DNA of 64,000 nucleotides. Source: an uncultured Gemmatimonadaceae bacterium (GTDB lineage Bacteria; Gemmatimonadota; Gemmatimonadetes; Gemmatimonadales; Gemmatimonadaceae). This document shows positions 42,557 to 52,895 of the stretch, piece after piece. Where the stretch lies: contig CAWJMB010000002.1 of the NCBI GenBank assembly GCA_963843845.1, positions 3,136,001 through 3,200,000 on the forward strand, read 5' to 3'. The stretch's first letter is position 1. The number at the start of each line of letters is the position of its first letter. Made by a program: the position numbers and the translations under genes. A model generated the notes under the pieces. The model was not told the origin of the DNA and made no database searches. It worked only from the letters and a program-made list of their open reading frames with translations.

Positions 42557-42990
42557 CCGTCCCCCCACTCCCGCCGAGCGTCGCGCGCACGCTCGACCGA
42601 TTCCGCGCCCTCGGCCGCGACGAGAAGATGCAGACGCTCGTGAGCTACGCGAAGAAGCTCGAGCCGCTCCCCGATCGCTACGCGAACATCGACCGCGCGG
42701 AATTCACCGTGCCGGAATGTCAGACGCGCGTCGACATCGTTCCCGAGCGGCGCGCCGACGGCACCCTGCACTTCTACGCCGACGTGAACGTGCGTCAATC
42801 GCCGACCGTCGCCGCCGTGCTCGCGATCACGTTCCAGGCGGTGAACGACCGGCCACCGGCGGTCACCCTGGCGCTGCCCGGCGATTACATCAGCCAGCTC
42901 ATGAGCGGCATCGGTCTCGCCGCGCGCGAAGTCGGGCTGACCGCGATGATCGAACGGTTGAAGCGCTACGCGGCCGCCACGGCCGCCTGA
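42553..42990 (+). CDS. SufE family sulfur acceptor
   Basis: YAKKLEPLP...VPECQT...LHFYAD; ATGA overlap with the upstream gene. Confidence 0.8.
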   Translation: MTVPPLPPSVARTLDRFRALGRDEKMQTLVSYAKKLEPLPDRYANIDRAEFTVPECQTRVDIVPERRADGTLHFYADVNVRQSPTVAAVLAITFQAVNDRPPAVTLALPGDYISQLMSGIGLAAREVGLTAMIERLKRYAAATAA

Positions 42991-43085
42991 CGGCACCCGC
43001 GCGACGCAGCACCTGCGCGGCGCCGTGCGTATTTCCCTTCGCCACACCTTCCCCCGCCTCCTTCCGATCCAGCAGAACCCCCGTC

Positions 43086-43967
43086 ATGAGATTCTCCCGC
43101 CTCGCTCTCGCCGCCGCGCTGGCGCCGCTCGCCCTCTCGGCGTCCGCCGCGCTCGCGCAGCCGCAGTTCTCGAAGAACCCGCCGAAGGGCCCGCTCGTGG
43201 AGTTCGAGCTCATGACGTGGCCCGAAGTGCAGAAGGCGCTCGCCGACGGCAAGACGACGGCGCTCATCTACACCGGCGGGACCGAACAGCGCGGGCCGCA
43301 GAACGTGAACGGCGGCCACAACCTCATGGCCCGATACACCGCGAAGGCGATCGCCGCGAAGCTCGGAAACGCGATCGTGATGCCGGTGCTGCCCTACACG
43401 CCGAACAACGCGAGCGCCACGCTTCCGGGCACGATCGGTCTCACGCCGGAGCTGCTGAGCGCCGTGCTCTATCGCATCACGGAGCAGACGATCGCGACCG
43501 GCTTCAAGAACGTCGTGCTCATGGGCGACCACGGCGGCGGACAGCCGAACGCGTACAAGGCGGTCGCCGACTCGCTCGACAAGGTCTACGCGCCGAAGGG
43601 CATCCGCGTCTTCTTCTGCGACGAGGTCTACGCGAAAGCCCAGGGCGACTTCGACAAGTGGCTGGCCGAGAACGGTTACCCCGTCAGCTCGCACGCCGGC
43701 CTCCCCGACACGTCGACCATGCTCTACCTCGACTCGCTCGGGATCTACGTCCGCAAGGATCTGATCCCGACAGCACTCGGCGACACGATGCCGCGCGGGC
43801 GCGGCGGGCCGAACGCGGCCGGGTCCAACCCCAACGCCGCGCCGCGCGTAAACAACGGGATCACGGGCGACGCGCGGCGGGCGAGCGTGGCGCTGGGGAA
43901 GCGGTCGTTTGATACCAAGGTGGAGTATGCTGTCCGACAGATCCGAGAGTTCCTTGGCCAGAAATAA
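43086..43967 (+). CDS. Creatininase family amidohydrolase with signal peptide
   Basis: ELMTWPEV, GGTEQRGP, GDHGGG, HAGLPDTS. Confidence 0.88.
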   Translation: MRFSRLALAAALAPLALSASAALAQPQFSKNPPKGPLVEFELMTWPEVQKALADGKTTALIYTGGTEQRGPQNVNGGHNLMARYTAKAIAAKLGNAIVMPVLPYTPNNASATLPGTIGLTPELLSAVLYRITEQTIATGFKNVVLMGDHGGGQPNAYKAVADSLDKVYAPKGIRVFFCDEVYAKAQGDFDKWLAENGYPVSSHAGLPDTSTMLYLDSLGIYVRKDLIPTALGDTMPRGRGGPNAAGSNPNAAPRVNNGITGDARRASVALGKRSFDTKVEYAVRQIREFLGQK

Positions 43968-45093
43968 TCGGCGCTTCGCGCGCCGCGCCGCCGTCGCCCT
44001 GGCGGCCGCCGCGGTCGGGAGCGCGACGCCGTGTGCCGCGCAGAGCGGCACGACGCCGCAGCCGTCACCCGGCGCAGCGGCTCGCGCCAGGCGCGACTCC
44101 GTCGCGCGGCTGACGCCCGACCAGATCGCCGCGACCGCGAAGCTGACGATCGCGGTCGGCATGCTGCGCGACACGACGCAGAAGTACCTCGCGATGTCGC
44201 GCAACAAGACGGTCGAGGCGCAGGGGCGGCTCCGCGACGACCTCGTGACGCAGGTGAAGAAGCTCGTCACCGACGCCGGTATGACCGACGCCGAGTACCG
44301 ACGGAGGATGTTCCTCGTCAGCACGGACTCGTCGATGCGCGTCGCCTACGAGACGGCCGTGACGAAGCTGACGGGTGTCGTCCCCGCCGGCCCCGCCGCC
44401 GCCGGCGCGACGAACGCCTCGGCCGGCGTCGCCGCCGCGGCCGCACCCACGGCCGGCGGCGCGGCGGCGGAGCCTGCGACGGCGAAAGGCGCCGACCCTG
44501 CGCAGATGCTCGCCGTGCCCCCCGGTCCGGCCGGCGTGCACGTCGGGCACGTCGCGAACGCGTTCGGGGACACACCCGGCGGACGCGGCCTCCTGCCGAC
44601 GGCGATGGCGGAGGCACGTACGGCGGCGCAGCACGCGGCGCTCGCCATGCGCACGCCGGACAACCTCGCGTCGATCCAGACGCACGCCCGGCACGTGCTG
44701 CACGCGGTCGACCCGACGGCCGACATGAAAGGCCCCGGCCTCGGCTACGGCGTGAAGCGCGCGGCGACCGGCGTCGCCGCGCACGCCGAGTTGGCGGCGA
44801 AGGCGCAGGGAGCGCCCGAGTCCGTCGTCATGCACGCCGCGCACGTCGCGACGGCGGCGCGCAACAGCGCCAAGCGCGCCGACGACATGGCCGTCCTCGT
44901 CCGCAAGATCGAGGCGTCCACGACCGCGGCCGACGCCGCGGCGCTCGCCTCGCAGCTCCAGGCGCTCGCGAACGAGCTGGTCGGCGGCAAGGACGCGAAC
45001 ACCAACGGCCGTGTCGAGATCGCGGAGGGTGGGCTCGCCATGTGCGAGGAGCACGTGAAGCTCATGGTCGGCGCGCCCCCCGGCGGACGCTGA
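43927..45093 (+). CDS. Secreted His-rich helical hypothetical protein
   Basis: Signal peptide ending PCAAQ; regularly spaced His; start uncertain. Confidence 0.65.
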   Translation: MLSDRSESSLARNNRRFARRAAVALAAAAVGSATPCAAQSGTTPQPSPGAAARARRDSVARLTPDQIAATAKLTIAVGMLRDTTQKYLAMSRNKTVEAQGRLRDDLVTQVKKLVTDAGMTDAEYRRRMFLVSTDSSMRVAYETAVTKLTGVVPAGPAAAGATNASAGVAAAAAPTAGGAAAEPATAKGADPAQMLAVPPGPAGVHVGHVANAFGDTPGGRGLLPTAMAEARTAAQHAALAMRTPDNLASIQTHARHVLHAVDPTADMKGPGLGYGVKRAATGVAAHAELAAKAQGAPESVVMHAAHVATAARNSAKRADDMAVLVRKIEASTTAADAAALASQLQALANELVGGKDANTNGRVEIAEGGLAMCEEHVKLMVGAPPGGR

Positions 45094-45113
45094 TCGAACG
45101 TGCCGGGAAGCGA

Positions 45114-45145
45114 GAGGGCCGCGGTGCAATTGCACCGCGGCCCTC
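45114..45145. terminator. 32-bp perfect palindrome between convergent genes
   Basis: GAGGGCCGCGGTGCAATTGCACCGCGGCCCTC; no U-tract. Confidence 0.6.
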
Positions 45146-45181
45146 GCTGCGTCAGGCGGATTCGAGCGTCAGGCGGCCCGC

Positions 45182-45424
45182 TCAGTCGTGGTTCCGTTCG
45201 TACGCCGCCTGCTGATTGATCCGGTCCCTCGCCTGCGACCGGTCGCGAGCCGTCGTCTCGCGTCGTAGCACGTCACGCGTCGACTGCGAGCGCACGGCGG
45301 CCATGAACGGGAGTCGCTCGAGCGACTCGCTCCCACACGCCGGACAGACCGGCGTGGCCGATCCGCGTACGAGGATCTCCGACTCGACCTCGCACGCGGT
45401 GCAGCGGTAATCGTAGAGCGGCAT
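45182..45424 (-). CDS. FmdB family zinc-ribbon protein
   Basis: MPLYDYRCTAC...CPACGS. Confidence 0.88.
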   Translation of the reverse strand: MPLYDYRCTACEVESEILVRGSATPVCPACGSESLERLPFMAAVRSQSTRDVLRRETTARDRSQARDRINQQAAYERNHD

Positions 45425-45436
45425 CCGTGACGCGTC

Positions 45437-47911
45437 TCAGCAGGAGACGCAGAGATGCTGGTTCTTCGCACCGAGCTTCTCGAGCAGCTCGATCGTCTCC
45501 GGGAACGGACGCAGACGCTGCACCGGGCCATTCGCCATGTCGACGACCGTGCGCCCCGTACGCGACACCGCCTTCACGTCGGCACCCTTCGAGACGAGGT
45601 ACTTGATCATCTCGTTGTCGCCGCGCGACGCCGCGTGGTGGAGCGGCGTGTAGCCGTTATTGTCGCGCGCGTTCACGTCCATCTTCAGCTCTTCGACCAT
45701 GTAGCGCATCGCCGACATCCATGCCTCGGGCGCGTGACGGTGCGCGTTGCCGGCGAACCCGTTGCCGTAGCCGACGCCCGCCGCCGCGTGGATAGGGAAC
45801 ACGCCCGAGCCGACCGGGGCCACCTTCGCCATCGCCTCGACCTCGGGATCGAGCTTGAGCGTGAGTCCGTCGCCGAGCCCCGCACCGATCGCCGCGACGC
45901 TCGGCGCTCCGCCGGCCGGACGACCGCCCGCCGCCTGAGCGCGACCGCTGTCGGCCCGCGTCGCCGTGCTCCCGGCCGCCGCCGTCGCCGCCGCGCGACG
46001 CGTCTGACGCGCCGCGCTGTCCGCGGCGGTCGCCGGCGCACCACCCGCCCCGGGAGCCGGCGCGACGGTGCCAGGCGTCGGCTGGAGCCCGCCGCCGCGC
46101 GCGATCGCCCGCGGCGGGATCGATGCCGTATTCACCTCGGCGCCGAACTTCGCGAGCAGCTTCATGAGGTCGACGTCGAGCGCGTAGGCGGCACGCCAGA
46201 ACGCCGTCGTTCCGTCGAGCTGCTCGAGCCCGCAGTTGCCGCTGCCACAGTTGTTGTACACGAACCACCACGGCTGCTTGCCGAGGCGGTCGTTCGGCTT
46301 CGCGCCTTTCTTGAGCAGCGCCTCTGCGAGCTCGACATAGCCGGTCCGCTGCGTCGCGATCGCCTGCACCTGCGGATAGCGCGACTTCGGCGCCCACTGC
46401 GCATTGATCGTCGCGTAGAGCGGCGTCATGCCGTAGGGCGTCGTCACGTTCGGGTCGGCGCCCCCCTCGATCAGCTTCATCGCGACGTCGAACTGTCCGT
46501 TCATGGTCGCGACGAGCAGAGGCGTCATCCTGTCGACGTACGCCGTGTCGTTCACATTCGCGCCGCCGGCGATGAGCGCTTCGGCCGCCGCGACGTTCCC
46601 CTGCCGCGCCGCGTGGTGCAGCGCCGTCAGCCCGCCCACCTTGCCGACCTGCTTTCCGTACCCAGCCACGCCGCCGTTCGCGGTGTCGACGTTCTCGCGC
46701 ACCGAATCCGTCGTGACCTTCGGGGCGAGCAGGATCGCGCGTCCCGAGTCGATCGCGGCCTGAATCTGCTGGGTCGTGAACGGCCCGCGTGGCATGCGAA
46801 CGGGAAGTCCGCGGCCGAAGCCGGCCGCGAGGTTCGCACCGGCTGCAGTCGACGGCGACGCACCGGTCGCGGGCGCCGCATTCGGCACCGCCGCGGCCGA
46901 CGCGGCCGACGCGGCCGTCGGCGCGTTCACCGTGGTGACCGCGGAGTCGCGCGGCGTCGAGCTCGTCGGCGCGCTCCCGGCCGAGGTCGTGTGCGCCGGA
47001 TACACCGGCGTTCCTGGCGTCGCCGCCGCCGCCGCGGCCGCGACCGCAGCCGCCGTTCCTTGTGCCGCTGGAGCCGCGCCACCCGCCGCCGGCGCACCCG
47101 GCGCGCCGCCGCGCCCGCCCGCACCCGCACCCGCGCCGCCGAGCGCCGCGAGATTGGCGCGGGCCGCCGCGAGCGCCTTCTGGTAGTCGGCGTCCGCCGA
47201 GTCCTTCCGCGCTTTCGGCTCGAACGTGATGAGCACCGCGTTCCGCTTCTTCTCCGCCGCCTGCTCGCGCGCCGCCTGCTCGGTGACGTTCACGACCGTC
47301 GTGTGGATCGACGCATCGGCCCCGCCCTTCATGAGCGCCGTGATCGCCGCCGCACGGTCCCGCTCGGCGGCGAAGATGAGCGGCGTCTGTCCCCACACCG
47401 ACTCTCTCGCGTTCGCGTCGGCGCCCTTCGCGATGAGCGCTTTCACGACGTCCGGATTCCCGGCTTCGGCAGCGAGGTGCAGCGGCGTCGCCCCACCGAT
47501 CGTCGTCGCCCTGACATCGGCGCCGGCGGCGAGCAGCACGCGCGTCGCCGCCGCGTTGCCGCCGCGCGCCGCGAGGTGCAGCGGCGTGTAGTCGGCGAGG
47601 CGTGTCCGCGCCTTCGCGTCCGCCTTGGCCCGCACGAGCGCCAGCGTCATCGCCGAGTCGCCGCGCTCGGCGGCCCAGTGCAGTGCCGTCATCCCGTCGC
47701 CCTGGGGCGCGTTGACGTCGCTCCCCTGCGCGATGAGCTGCCGCACCTCGATGAGATTGCCGCGCTGGGCGGCCTCGGCGATCGGCGCGCGTGACGACGG
47801 CGCGGTCGCCGGTTTCACCGGCTTGACCGGGTCGGCCGGCGGAGCGGCGGCGATGCCGCCGCCGAGCACGGCGACGGAGAAGGCGAGCGGTTGGAGCGAG
47901 CGAGCGCGCAT
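45437..47911 (-). CDS. Secreted ankyrin repeat protein
   Basis: GMTALHWAA, TPLHLAA, GQTPLIFAA, GYTPLHHAA; Ala/Pro/Gly linkers. Confidence 0.92.
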   Translation of the reverse strand: MRARSLQPLAFSVAVLGGGIAAAPPADPVKPVKPATAPSSRAPIAEAAQRGNLIEVRQLIAQGSDVNAPQGDGMTALHWAAERGDSAMTLALVRAKADAKARTRLADYTPLHLAARGGNAAATRVLLAAGADVRATTIGGATPLHLAAEAGNPDVVKALIAKGADANARESVWGQTPLIFAAERDRAAAITALMKGGADASIHTTVVNVTEQAAREQAAEKKRNAVLITFEPKARKDSADADYQKALAAARANLAALGGAGAGAGGRGGAPGAPAAGGAAPAAQGTAAAVAAAAAAATPGTPVYPAHTTSAGSAPTSSTPRDSAVTTVNAPTAASAASAAAVPNAAPATGASPSTAAGANLAAGFGRGLPVRMPRGPFTTQQIQAAIDSGRAILLAPKVTTDSVRENVDTANGGVAGYGKQVGKVGGLTALHHAARQGNVAAAEALIAGGANVNDTAYVDRMTPLLVATMNGQFDVAMKLIEGGADPNVTTPYGMTPLYATINAQWAPKSRYPQVQAIATQRTGYVELAEALLKKGAKPNDRLGKQPWWFVYNNCGSGNCGLEQLDGTTAFWRAAYALDVDLMKLLAKFGAEVNTASIPPRAIARGGGLQPTPGTVAPAPGAGGAPATAADSAARQTRRAAATAAAGSTATRADSGRAQAAGGRPAGGAPSVAAIGAGLGDGLTLKLDPEVEAMAKVAPVGSGVFPIHAAAGVGYGNGFAGNAHRHAPEAWMSAMRYMVEELKMDVNARDNNGYTPLHHAASRGDNEMIKYLVSKGADVKAVSRTGRTVVDMANGPVQRLRPFPETIELLEKLGAKNQHLCVSC

Positions 47912-47958
47912 GCGGGCGGTCCTCTAATCCGAGTGCGACAGAGTCGTGAGCGCGGTCT

Positions 47959-49392
47959 TCACTTCGACGACGTCTCGGACGCCGCCATCGGCGCCTCGAG
48001 CGGCGCGTTCAGTGCGAACTCGCCGGTGCTGTCGCCGAAGCTCTTCAGGTCGTCGTGTCCGAACTCGTGGAGCAGCGTCAGGAACACGTTCGCCATCGGC
48101 GTACCGTCCGGCGCCTTGAGGTGCAGGTCCCCCTGCAGCTTTCCATTCCCGTGGCCGAGCAGAATGAGCGGGCAGCGGCGGTGCGCGTGGATGTTCGGGT
48201 CCGACATCGGCGACCCGTAGAGGATCACCGTCTGGTCGAGCAGGTTCCCGCCCTCGTCCGTCGACTCCTGCAGCTTGTCGAGGAAGTAGGGGATCATGCT
48301 GACGTGGTAGCGGTTGATCTTGTTGAAGTCGAGGATTCCCGACTCGCGTCCGCCGTGGTGCGACGCCGGATGGAACGGCTTGTCGGTACCGCTCTCCGGG
48401 AACTGCCGTGTCGAGGCGTCACGCCCGGTCTTGAACGTCGAGACGCGCGTCATGTCCGACTGGAAGGCGAGCACCTGGACGTCGAACATCAGGCGCATGT
48501 GCTCCTCGAACGAGTCGGGCACGCCGATCGGTGCCTCGGGCAGCTCGCGCGGGTCGCCCTTCGAGTTCTTCGCCTCGACCGCCTGAATGCGGCGCTCGAG
48601 CTCGCGAACGTCGGTCATGTACTTGTCGAGCCGCTGCCGGTCGCCGGCGCCGAGCTGACGCTTGAGGCCGGCGAGGTCGCCGACCACCCAGTCGAGGATG
48701 CTGGCGTTCGCCTGACGGCGCACCGCGCGATCGGCGTGGTTCGCGCCGGCGCCGAACAGCATGTCGAACGCGACGCGCGGGTTACGGATCATCGGGAGGG
48801 GCTCGGTCGGTCCGCCCCAGCTCACCGTATCCGTGTAGGCGCAGGCATAGTTGTACTCGCAGCCACCGGCGCGGTCGAGATCGTCGATGCAGAGCTGCAG
48901 CGACGGAATCGCCGTCTCACCCGCGAACTTCCTCGCCACGATCTGATCGACCGACGTGCCGGCGTAGACGTCCGAGCCCTGCGTCTGCTTGGGGTGCGAC
49001 TGCGTGAGGAACACCGCGCTCGACCGGAAGTGATCGCCGCCGATCTCCGGCGCCTCGAACGCTTCCGCCATGCGCACGTCGGTGTTGCTGACGATCGTCA
49101 GATGCTTCCGGTACTTCTCGAGCGGCGAGAGCGCGCTCTCCGGCGTGATCTCGAAGTTGCGCCCGACCCCGGCCGGCGCCCACAGATGCTTCGAGGCGCC
49201 CCACACGTTCGAGCCGGCCGCGCCGTGCACCGACTCCATGCACACGAAGCGCGTCTTCTGCGCCGCGGCGCCGAAGCGGCTCGCCCGCCGGAACGCCGGC
49301 GTCATGGCGTCGAGGTACGGCAGCGCGACGACGGCGCCCATCCCCTGAAGGAACGTTCGGCGCTCGATCGCCTTCCCGGTCACGAATTGCAT
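47959..49392 (-). CDS. DUF1552-type protein with Tat signal
   Basis: RRTFLQGMG..VALPYLDAM; GGDH; CEYNYACAY; HPASHH. Confidence 0.85.
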   Translation of the reverse strand: MQFVTGKAIERRTFLQGMGAVVALPYLDAMTPAFRRASRFGAAAQKTRFVCMESVHGAAGSNVWGASKHLWAPAGVGRNFEITPESALSPLEKYRKHLTIVSNTDVRMAEAFEAPEIGGDHFRSSAVFLTQSHPKQTQGSDVYAGTSVDQIVARKFAGETAIPSLQLCIDDLDRAGGCEYNYACAYTDTVSWGGPTEPLPMIRNPRVAFDMLFGAGANHADRAVRRQANASILDWVVGDLAGLKRQLGAGDRQRLDKYMTDVRELERRIQAVEAKNSKGDPRELPEAPIGVPDSFEEHMRLMFDVQVLAFQSDMTRVSTFKTGRDASTRQFPESGTDKPFHPASHHGGRESGILDFNKINRYHVSMIPYFLDKLQESTDEGGNLLDQTVILYGSPMSDPNIHAHRRCPLILLGHGNGKLQGDLHLKAPDGTPMANVFLTLLHEFGHDDLKSFGDSTGEFALNAPLEAPMAASETSSK

Positions 49393-49505
49393 GGCGAACT
49401 CCTCGACTGTGTGTGGCGCTGCTCGGTGGGCGCTGCCTGATCCGCTACGACTCTGCAAACTCTAACGATAGGACGATCGAACGAACTGGGAAGAGCCGAA
49501 CCGGC

Positions 49506-52020
49506 TCACGGTGCCTCGCCCGCTGACGCGACGGCCGGTTCTGCGCGCCGCATCAGGAATGCCGGGCTGTTCACGACACCGGTCACGAACGTCGAGAACT
49601 TGTAGCCGCTCGCTCCGGCGCGCCGCGAGACCGCGCGCACCGTCGTCTCGTCCTCGTCCGCGATGCGGCGGCCGAGGGCGTACGCCATCAGGTTCTCGGT
49701 GAACGCGCGCATGAGCGGGATGGGCCGCTTCAGCAGCGCCTTCGTCAACTCCGACGGGTTCGTCACCGGCGTCCCGTCGTACATGTTGCCGCGGGTGTCG
49801 AGCGGCGCGCCGTTCTCGCGATAGCGCCAGCGCCCGGTCACGTCGAAGTTGTCGAGCGCGAGCCCGATCGGGTCCATGTACTGGTGGCAGGTGCGGCAGG
49901 TCGCCGCCTTGCGATGCTCCTCGGTGCGCTCACGCGTCGTCAGCACGCGCCCCTCGATGCCCCCCTTCGTCTCTTCGAGCGACGGCACGTCCGGCGGCGG
50001 CGGCGGCGGCGGCATGCCGATCAGCACCTCCATCACCCACTTGCCGCGCAGCACCGGCGACGTGCGCGTCGCGACCGAGGTCTGCACCGAGGATGCTTCC
50101 CTGCCCGAGCACGCCGCGGCGCGTCGCGTCGGGGTACGTCACCTTGCGGAAGTGGTCGCCCGAGATGTTCGGGATGCCGTAGTGCCGCGCGAGCTTCGCG
50201 TTCACGAACGTGTAGTCCGCGTTGAACACGTCGAGCACGCTGCGGTCGCGCTGCACGATGTCGGCGAAGAACAGCTCCGTCTCGCGCTTCATGAGCTGAC
50301 CCATGTGGTCGTCGAAGTCCGGGAACCAGAACACGTCCGGGCGGACTTTCTCGACGTCCTGCAGGCGCAGCCACTGACCGGCGAAGCGGGTCGCCAGCGC
50401 CTCCGACTTCGGATCGGCGAGCATCCGCTTGACCTCGGCGTTCAGCACGACCGGCGTCGACAGCGTCTTCGCCGCCGCGAGGCGGAGCAGCCGGTCGTCC
50501 GGGATGGAGCCCCAGAGGAAGAACGAGAGGCGCGACGCCAGCTCGTAGTCGCCGATCTTGTAGTCGCGGCCGGCCACCGCGTTCGGCGGCGCCTGCTCGA
50601 AGCGGAAGACGAAGCGCGGACTCGCGAGCATCGCCTGGAGCGCCGAGCGCACGCCGGCTTCGAAGCCGCCCTTCGCCGCGGCACGATCGTAGAACGTGAG
50701 CAGCCCGTCGCGGTCGCCCTTCGTGAGCGGGCGACGGTAGGCACGGAGCCCGAGCCGCGTCACGATCTGCTCGGCGCAGGCGCGCGCGGCGAGCGTCGCC
50801 GACGGGCGGCAGGAGAACACCAGCTTGCGGCTCGGCGTCTCGGAGACGCCGAAGCTCTTCGATGGCCCGACGATGCCGAGGTCGGTGATGTGCGCCGGGT
50901 ACGTCGTGCCCTCGGTGGCCGAGCCGTTCGAGGCGTTCGACCAGTCGGGCGGCTTGATGAGGTCCTCGTACGGGCCGTCGGTGCGGCGCACGAACGCGAC
51001 CGAGATCCGGTGCTGGCCGGCCGTCACGCGGATCGGCACGGTCTTGTACAAATCGATGCCGTGGAAGATCGTCTGCATCTTCTGCGACGTGTTCACGCCG
51101 GGCTCGTACTTGAGCAGCGCGACGCGCTCCCCGTCGATGGAGACGTCGACCTCCTCGAGCCCCATGCCCTGACTGCCTTCGACCGTGTACCGGAGCTCGT
51201 ACATGCCGTCGGTCGGGAAGACGTGCTGGGCGACGATGCCGCCGCGCGTTCCCATCGGCGCGCCGTCGACGTGGTCCCACGGGTGCTGGGAGCCGAACGG
51301 CGAGGTGCGGTATTGCTTCAGCGTCTCGGGCGCCGCGGAGTCACCGACGGCGAGCGTGCTCACGGCGGCGGCGGCGTTCAGGTAGGACTCGAGCAGCGTC
51401 GGCGAGAGCATCTGCGCCGCCGCGATGTTGTCGAAGTTCGCGCTCTTCGTGTCGAGCGGAAGCCAGTCGCCGGCGTTGACCGTGATGCCGAGCAGGTCGC
51501 GGATGGAGCGCTCGTACTCCGAGCGGTTCATTCGCTGGAACGACCGCGAACCCGGGTTGGGCAGCGCGCCGGTGTCGAGAACGCGCTCGATGGCCGCCGC
51601 GACGCGCTGGAGCGTGTCGCCGCTCGGGCGCGGCACGCCAGGGAGCGGCATCATCTCCGTCCGGAGCTTCCGGATCATCTTCTCGGCCTTCGCCCGCGCC
51701 GTGTCGGCGCGCGCGATGTCGAAGCCCTCGAGCGAGATGTTGCCCATCAGCATGCCGTCGCTATGACAGTCCATGCAGTAGGCGTCGACGACCTCGTTCA
51801 GCGTGGTGATGGTCGGGTCCGCGCCCGGCGGCGCGACGCGACGCGCGCGGCGCGACGCGCGCGGCGCGCGACCGCTGTGCGCGGCATCGGCAGCGTTCGC
51901 CGCCCGCGCGATGGCCGGCGTCGGAACGAGCGCGCGGCGCCCGTCGGTCCGCGCCGACAGACCCGCCTTGAACGAGAGCACCGCCGTCGCCGCTGCGACG
52001 GTCACGAACGCGATCCGCAT
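49506..52020 (-). CDS. DUF1592/DUF1588-type protein with c-heme motifs, frameshifted near 50088
   Basis: CMDCH, RMNRSEYERSIRDL, ASRLSFFLW.SIPD, RTSPVLRGKWV, CRTCH. Confidence 0.88.
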
Positions 52021-52132
52021 CCGACTTCCTCCAAACGCCGGAACCTCATCGGGGAACGGGGTGTCCCACGATGCCTCCTAAACGCGCCAGCAGCAGAATC
52101 GTTGTGCCGCGCGTAGAAAGACACACCAGCCT

Positions 52133-52807
52133 ATGGAGATTCGTCGGATGACGCTGCTCGTTCCAGCCCCACGCTTCGCGATTCTGTCCCTCGTCACGCT
52201 CGCAGCGCTGCCGGTACTGCCGGCGCTGGCCGGCGCTCAGGCGAAGCCCGCCGCCGCGAAGGGCGCGAGTCTTCGCTACGCCGTCGCGCCGACGGGGAAC
52301 GAGGCGCGCTACCGCGTGCGCGAGCAGCTCGTCGGACGCGACCTGCCGAACGATGTGATCGGCGTCACGAAGTTCGTGAGCGGCCGCATCATCGTCGACC
52401 AGGACGGCAAGGTGCGCCAGGACAGCTCGAAGATCGTCGTCCTCGTCGACAGTCTGAAGAGCGACCAGACGCGGCGCGACAACTACCTCCGCCGCCGCAC
52501 GCTTGAGACGACGAAATACCCGAACGTCGAGATCGTTCCGACGTCGATTCAGGGGCTGCTGACGCCGATGGCGCCGGGCACGACGCGCACGCTCACGCTG
52601 ACCGGCAACGTCACGATCCACGGCGTCACCCGCCCGACGACCTGGCAGGTCGTCGCCCGCCCCGACGGCTCGGCGGTCGTCGGCACGGCGACGACGGCGT
52701 TCACGTTCAAGGACTTCACGCTCGAGCAGCCGAAGGTGCCGATCGTGCTCAGCGTGGCCGACACGGTGAAGCTCGAATACGACTTCCGCTTCGTGCCGAT
52801 GCCGTAA
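52133..52807 (+). CDS. YceI family protein
   Basis: ARYRVREQL, LKSDQTRRDNYL, GNVTIHGVTRP. Confidence 0.88.
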   Translation: MEIRRMTLLVPAPRFAILSLVTLAALPVLPALAGAQAKPAAAKGASLRYAVAPTGNEARYRVREQLVGRDLPNDVIGVTKFVSGRIIVDQDGKVRQDSSKIVVLVDSLKSDQTRRDNYLRRRTLETTKYPNVEIVPTSIQGLLTPMAPGTTRTLTLTGNVTIHGVTRPTTWQVVARPDGSAVVGTATTAFTFKDFTLEQPKVPIVLSVADTVKLEYDFRFVPMP

Positions 52808-52823
52808 CGTTCGCGGGACGATG

Positions 52824-52887
52824 TGACGGAAGGGACAGACGGGACAGAAGAAATGCTTTTCTTCTGTCCCGTCTGTCCCTTCCGTCA
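52824..52887. terminator. Perfect 30-bp inverted repeat, bidirectional terminator or REP-like element
   Basis: TGACGGAAGGGACAGACGGGACAGAAGAAA-tgct-reverse complement, between convergent genes. Confidence 0.85.
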
Positions 52888-52895
52888 ATAAACGC

